Shown: piece by piece, positions 62,830-64,000 of the stretch
Layout: each line of letters begins with the position of its first letter
How positions within the stretch are numbered: the stretch's first letter is position 1
Assembly (NCBI GenBank): GCA_034435015.1
Contig: DAOTYH010000052.1
Coordinates: forward strand, 2,835-66,834
DNA: 64,000 nt
Direction: 5' to 3'
Source: Anaerolineae bacterium
GTDB lineage: Bacteria; Chloroflexota; Anaerolineae; Aggregatilineales; UBA3940
The notes under the pieces: model-generated
What the model saw: only the letters and a program-made list of their open reading frames with translations
Databases searched by the model: none
Told to the model about the DNA's origin: nothing
Translations under genes and position numbers: made by a program

Positions 62830-63914
62830 CGCTCTCTATGCCCTCTGGTCTCGTGCCGGCTGATGACCTCTTCGAACACGGCTGTCAGTTTGTCCATTAA
62901 ACCGTCAAGGCTGTATTCTGCCTGCACTCGTAGGGCTAGTTTCCTGCCCAGCGCAAGCCGTGCCTCTGGCGGTTGGCTCAACAGGCCGGCTATGCGGTCG
63001 GCGATCTGATCGGGGTCAAGCGTTTCGCACCACAGGGCGGCGGCCTCTTCTCCCAGCAACGGCAGGAAGGTCTGGTTATGGACGATGACAGGCACGCCGC
63101 TGGCCATGCTCTCCAGCACGGCCTTGTCTAACCCGCCGGTAGGACACAGGTTGACGGTCAGGGCGGCACGCTGATACAGGGCAGGGATGTCCGCATGGGG
63201 CACTGCCCCTAGAAAGGAGACCCGTCCCTCGACCCCCAGTTCGCGTGCCAGCGCGTAAAGGGCGGAGGGATGGTCTGGATTTTCAGGCGTCTCGCCGCCG
63301 GCGATGGCAAACCGGACGTCCTCGAAGCCGGGGCGGCTGGCCAGCCGCGCGGCGGCCCTCAGCAAGGCGTCATGATTTTTGATCGGCGAGAGCCGTCCGA
63401 CAGACAGGATCAAGCGTTCGGGGCTGGGATGGTCAGCAGGGCGAAACTGCGAGAGGTCAATGCCGTGCCCTAGGATGGTCACCTTGCGGCTGGGCAGGGT
63501 GAAGCTTTCCGGTGAGGCTGTCACCACCCGGTCGGCCAGCGCGTGGGCAAGACGCAGTTCAAGGCTGACGTTCCGATGGACAAACCACAACACCTGCGGT
63601 TTGTTGAACAGCTTGGCGTAGGGGGCGGCTACCCATGTATAGCGCGGCGTCATGTGGGTAAAAATCACGTCTGTATGAGGCACAGTACGAGCCAGCGCAC
63701 GGTTGAACTCCCACAGCTCCCGAAGGCGGCTGTATCCGCGTTCCTTGCCCATAGACTGGACGGTTACATTTTCCGGCAGGCTGGCCTGACCCCGTTCCAG
63801 CGTGATCACGTCAACCTGCGCCACCCGTGCCGCTAGTGCTCGTACCCAGTTCAGGATAAATGCCCTGAGCCAGTCGCGTTCATCGAGTTGCTGGACAAGC
63901 ATCAGCACACGCAT
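62826..63914 (-). CDS. glycosyltransferase family 4 (GT-B fold)
   Basis: ..GGLDKAVLESMASGVPVIVHN.. and ..RLSPIKNHDALL... The stop overlaps the start of the downstream GT4 gene. Confidence 0.8.
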   Translation of the reverse strand: MRVLMLVQQLDERDWLRAFILNWVRALAARVAQVDVITLERGQASLPENVTVQSMGKERGYSRLRELWEFNRALARTVPHTDVIFTHMTPRYTWVAAPYAKLFNKPQVLWFVHRNVSLELRLAHALADRVVTASPESFTLPSRKVTILGHGIDLSQFRPADHPSPERLILSVGRLSPIKNHDALLRAAARLASRPGFEDVRFAIAGGETPENPDHPSALYALARELGVEGRVSFLGAVPHADIPALYQRAALTVNLCPTGGLDKAVLESMASGVPVIVHNQTFLPLLGEEAAALWCETLDPDQIADRIAGLLSQPPEARLALGRKLALRVQAEYSLDGLMDKLTAVFEEVISRHETRGHRER

Positions 63915-64000
63915 CAGGCCTGCCCCCTGAGGCGATGGACTAAATCCTGATAGCCGTGTGCATAGGCCGCGATGACGCTGTCGGCATCGAACCCCTGCAC
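63911..64000 (-). CDS. 3' end of an upstream minus-strand CDS that continues beyond the window
   Basis: An open minus-strand frame (..VQGFDADSVIAAYAHGYQDLVHRLRGQA*) whose stop overlaps the GT4 start codon. Function cannot be determined from about 28 residues. Confidence 0.3.

Noticed and set aside
1-64000. Search for mobile elements, prophage, toxin-antitoxin or classical defence systems (RM, CBASS, Cas, abortive infection)
   Set aside because: I recognised no transposase, integrase, recombinase, phage structural, methyltransferase-endonuclease pair or cyclase-effector signature in any frame. The only accessory-looking nuclease remnants are the NYN pseudogene and the Mut7-C genes reported above.

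Overview
High-GC (about 60% by eye), densely coding bacterial chromosomal segment. I could not recognise any rRNA, tRNA, CRISPR array, transposase or integrase. The protein content includes Pro/Thr-linker membrane proteins, LysM and LGFP-like wall-binding repeats, giant multi-GAF sensors and a GT-C-type membrane protein with C-terminal beta-sandwich repeats. This suggests a filamentous Chloroflexota (Anaerolineae/Caldilineae-like) genome, but that is an impression, not a search result. Recognisable housekeeping genes are sat, rsmI, greA, lysS, ndk, rsfS, thpR, uvrC, coaE, a NUDIX hydrolase, a class-V aminotransferase and a fused FAD/Fe-S oxidase. A minus-strand polysaccharide cluster (epimerase, flippase, two GT4 glycosyltransferases) runs off the right edge. 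The outstanding feature is a same-strand signalling supercluster of about 20 kb (2186-22178). It contains two orphan receiver proteins and six consecutive, partly translationally coupled GAF sensor proteins with no recognisable output domain. Five of the six, plus the kinase (which carries it twice), share a near-invariant GAF module; a sixth carries a diverged copy, giving seven copies in all. All six end in a homologous truncated GAF stub. Next comes an 1866-aa Cache-HAMP-multiGAF hybrid histidine kinase, then a threonine-synthase-like PLP enzyme fused to a receiver domain. Other notable items are listed below.
- A trio of paralogous PT-linker membrane proteins.
- A 1259-aa TPR protein with about 29 copies of a [LV]P[DSE]WL motif, partly encoded by near-perfect 60-bp and 78/84-bp tandem repeats.
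- A CoaE protein with a 180-aa C-terminal extension.
- Two Mut7-C nuclease genes flanking uvrC, one overlapping thpR.
- A decayed NYN-domain gene next to tetraloop hairpins.
- Several leader or terminator hairpins, including three in a row before greA.
CDS coordinates follow the supplied ORF track, with some starts trimmed to an internal ATG that has an RBS. Hairpin, repeat and promoter coordinates were hand-counted and may be off by 1-2 nt. All family assignments rest on motifs read by eye, not on database searches.
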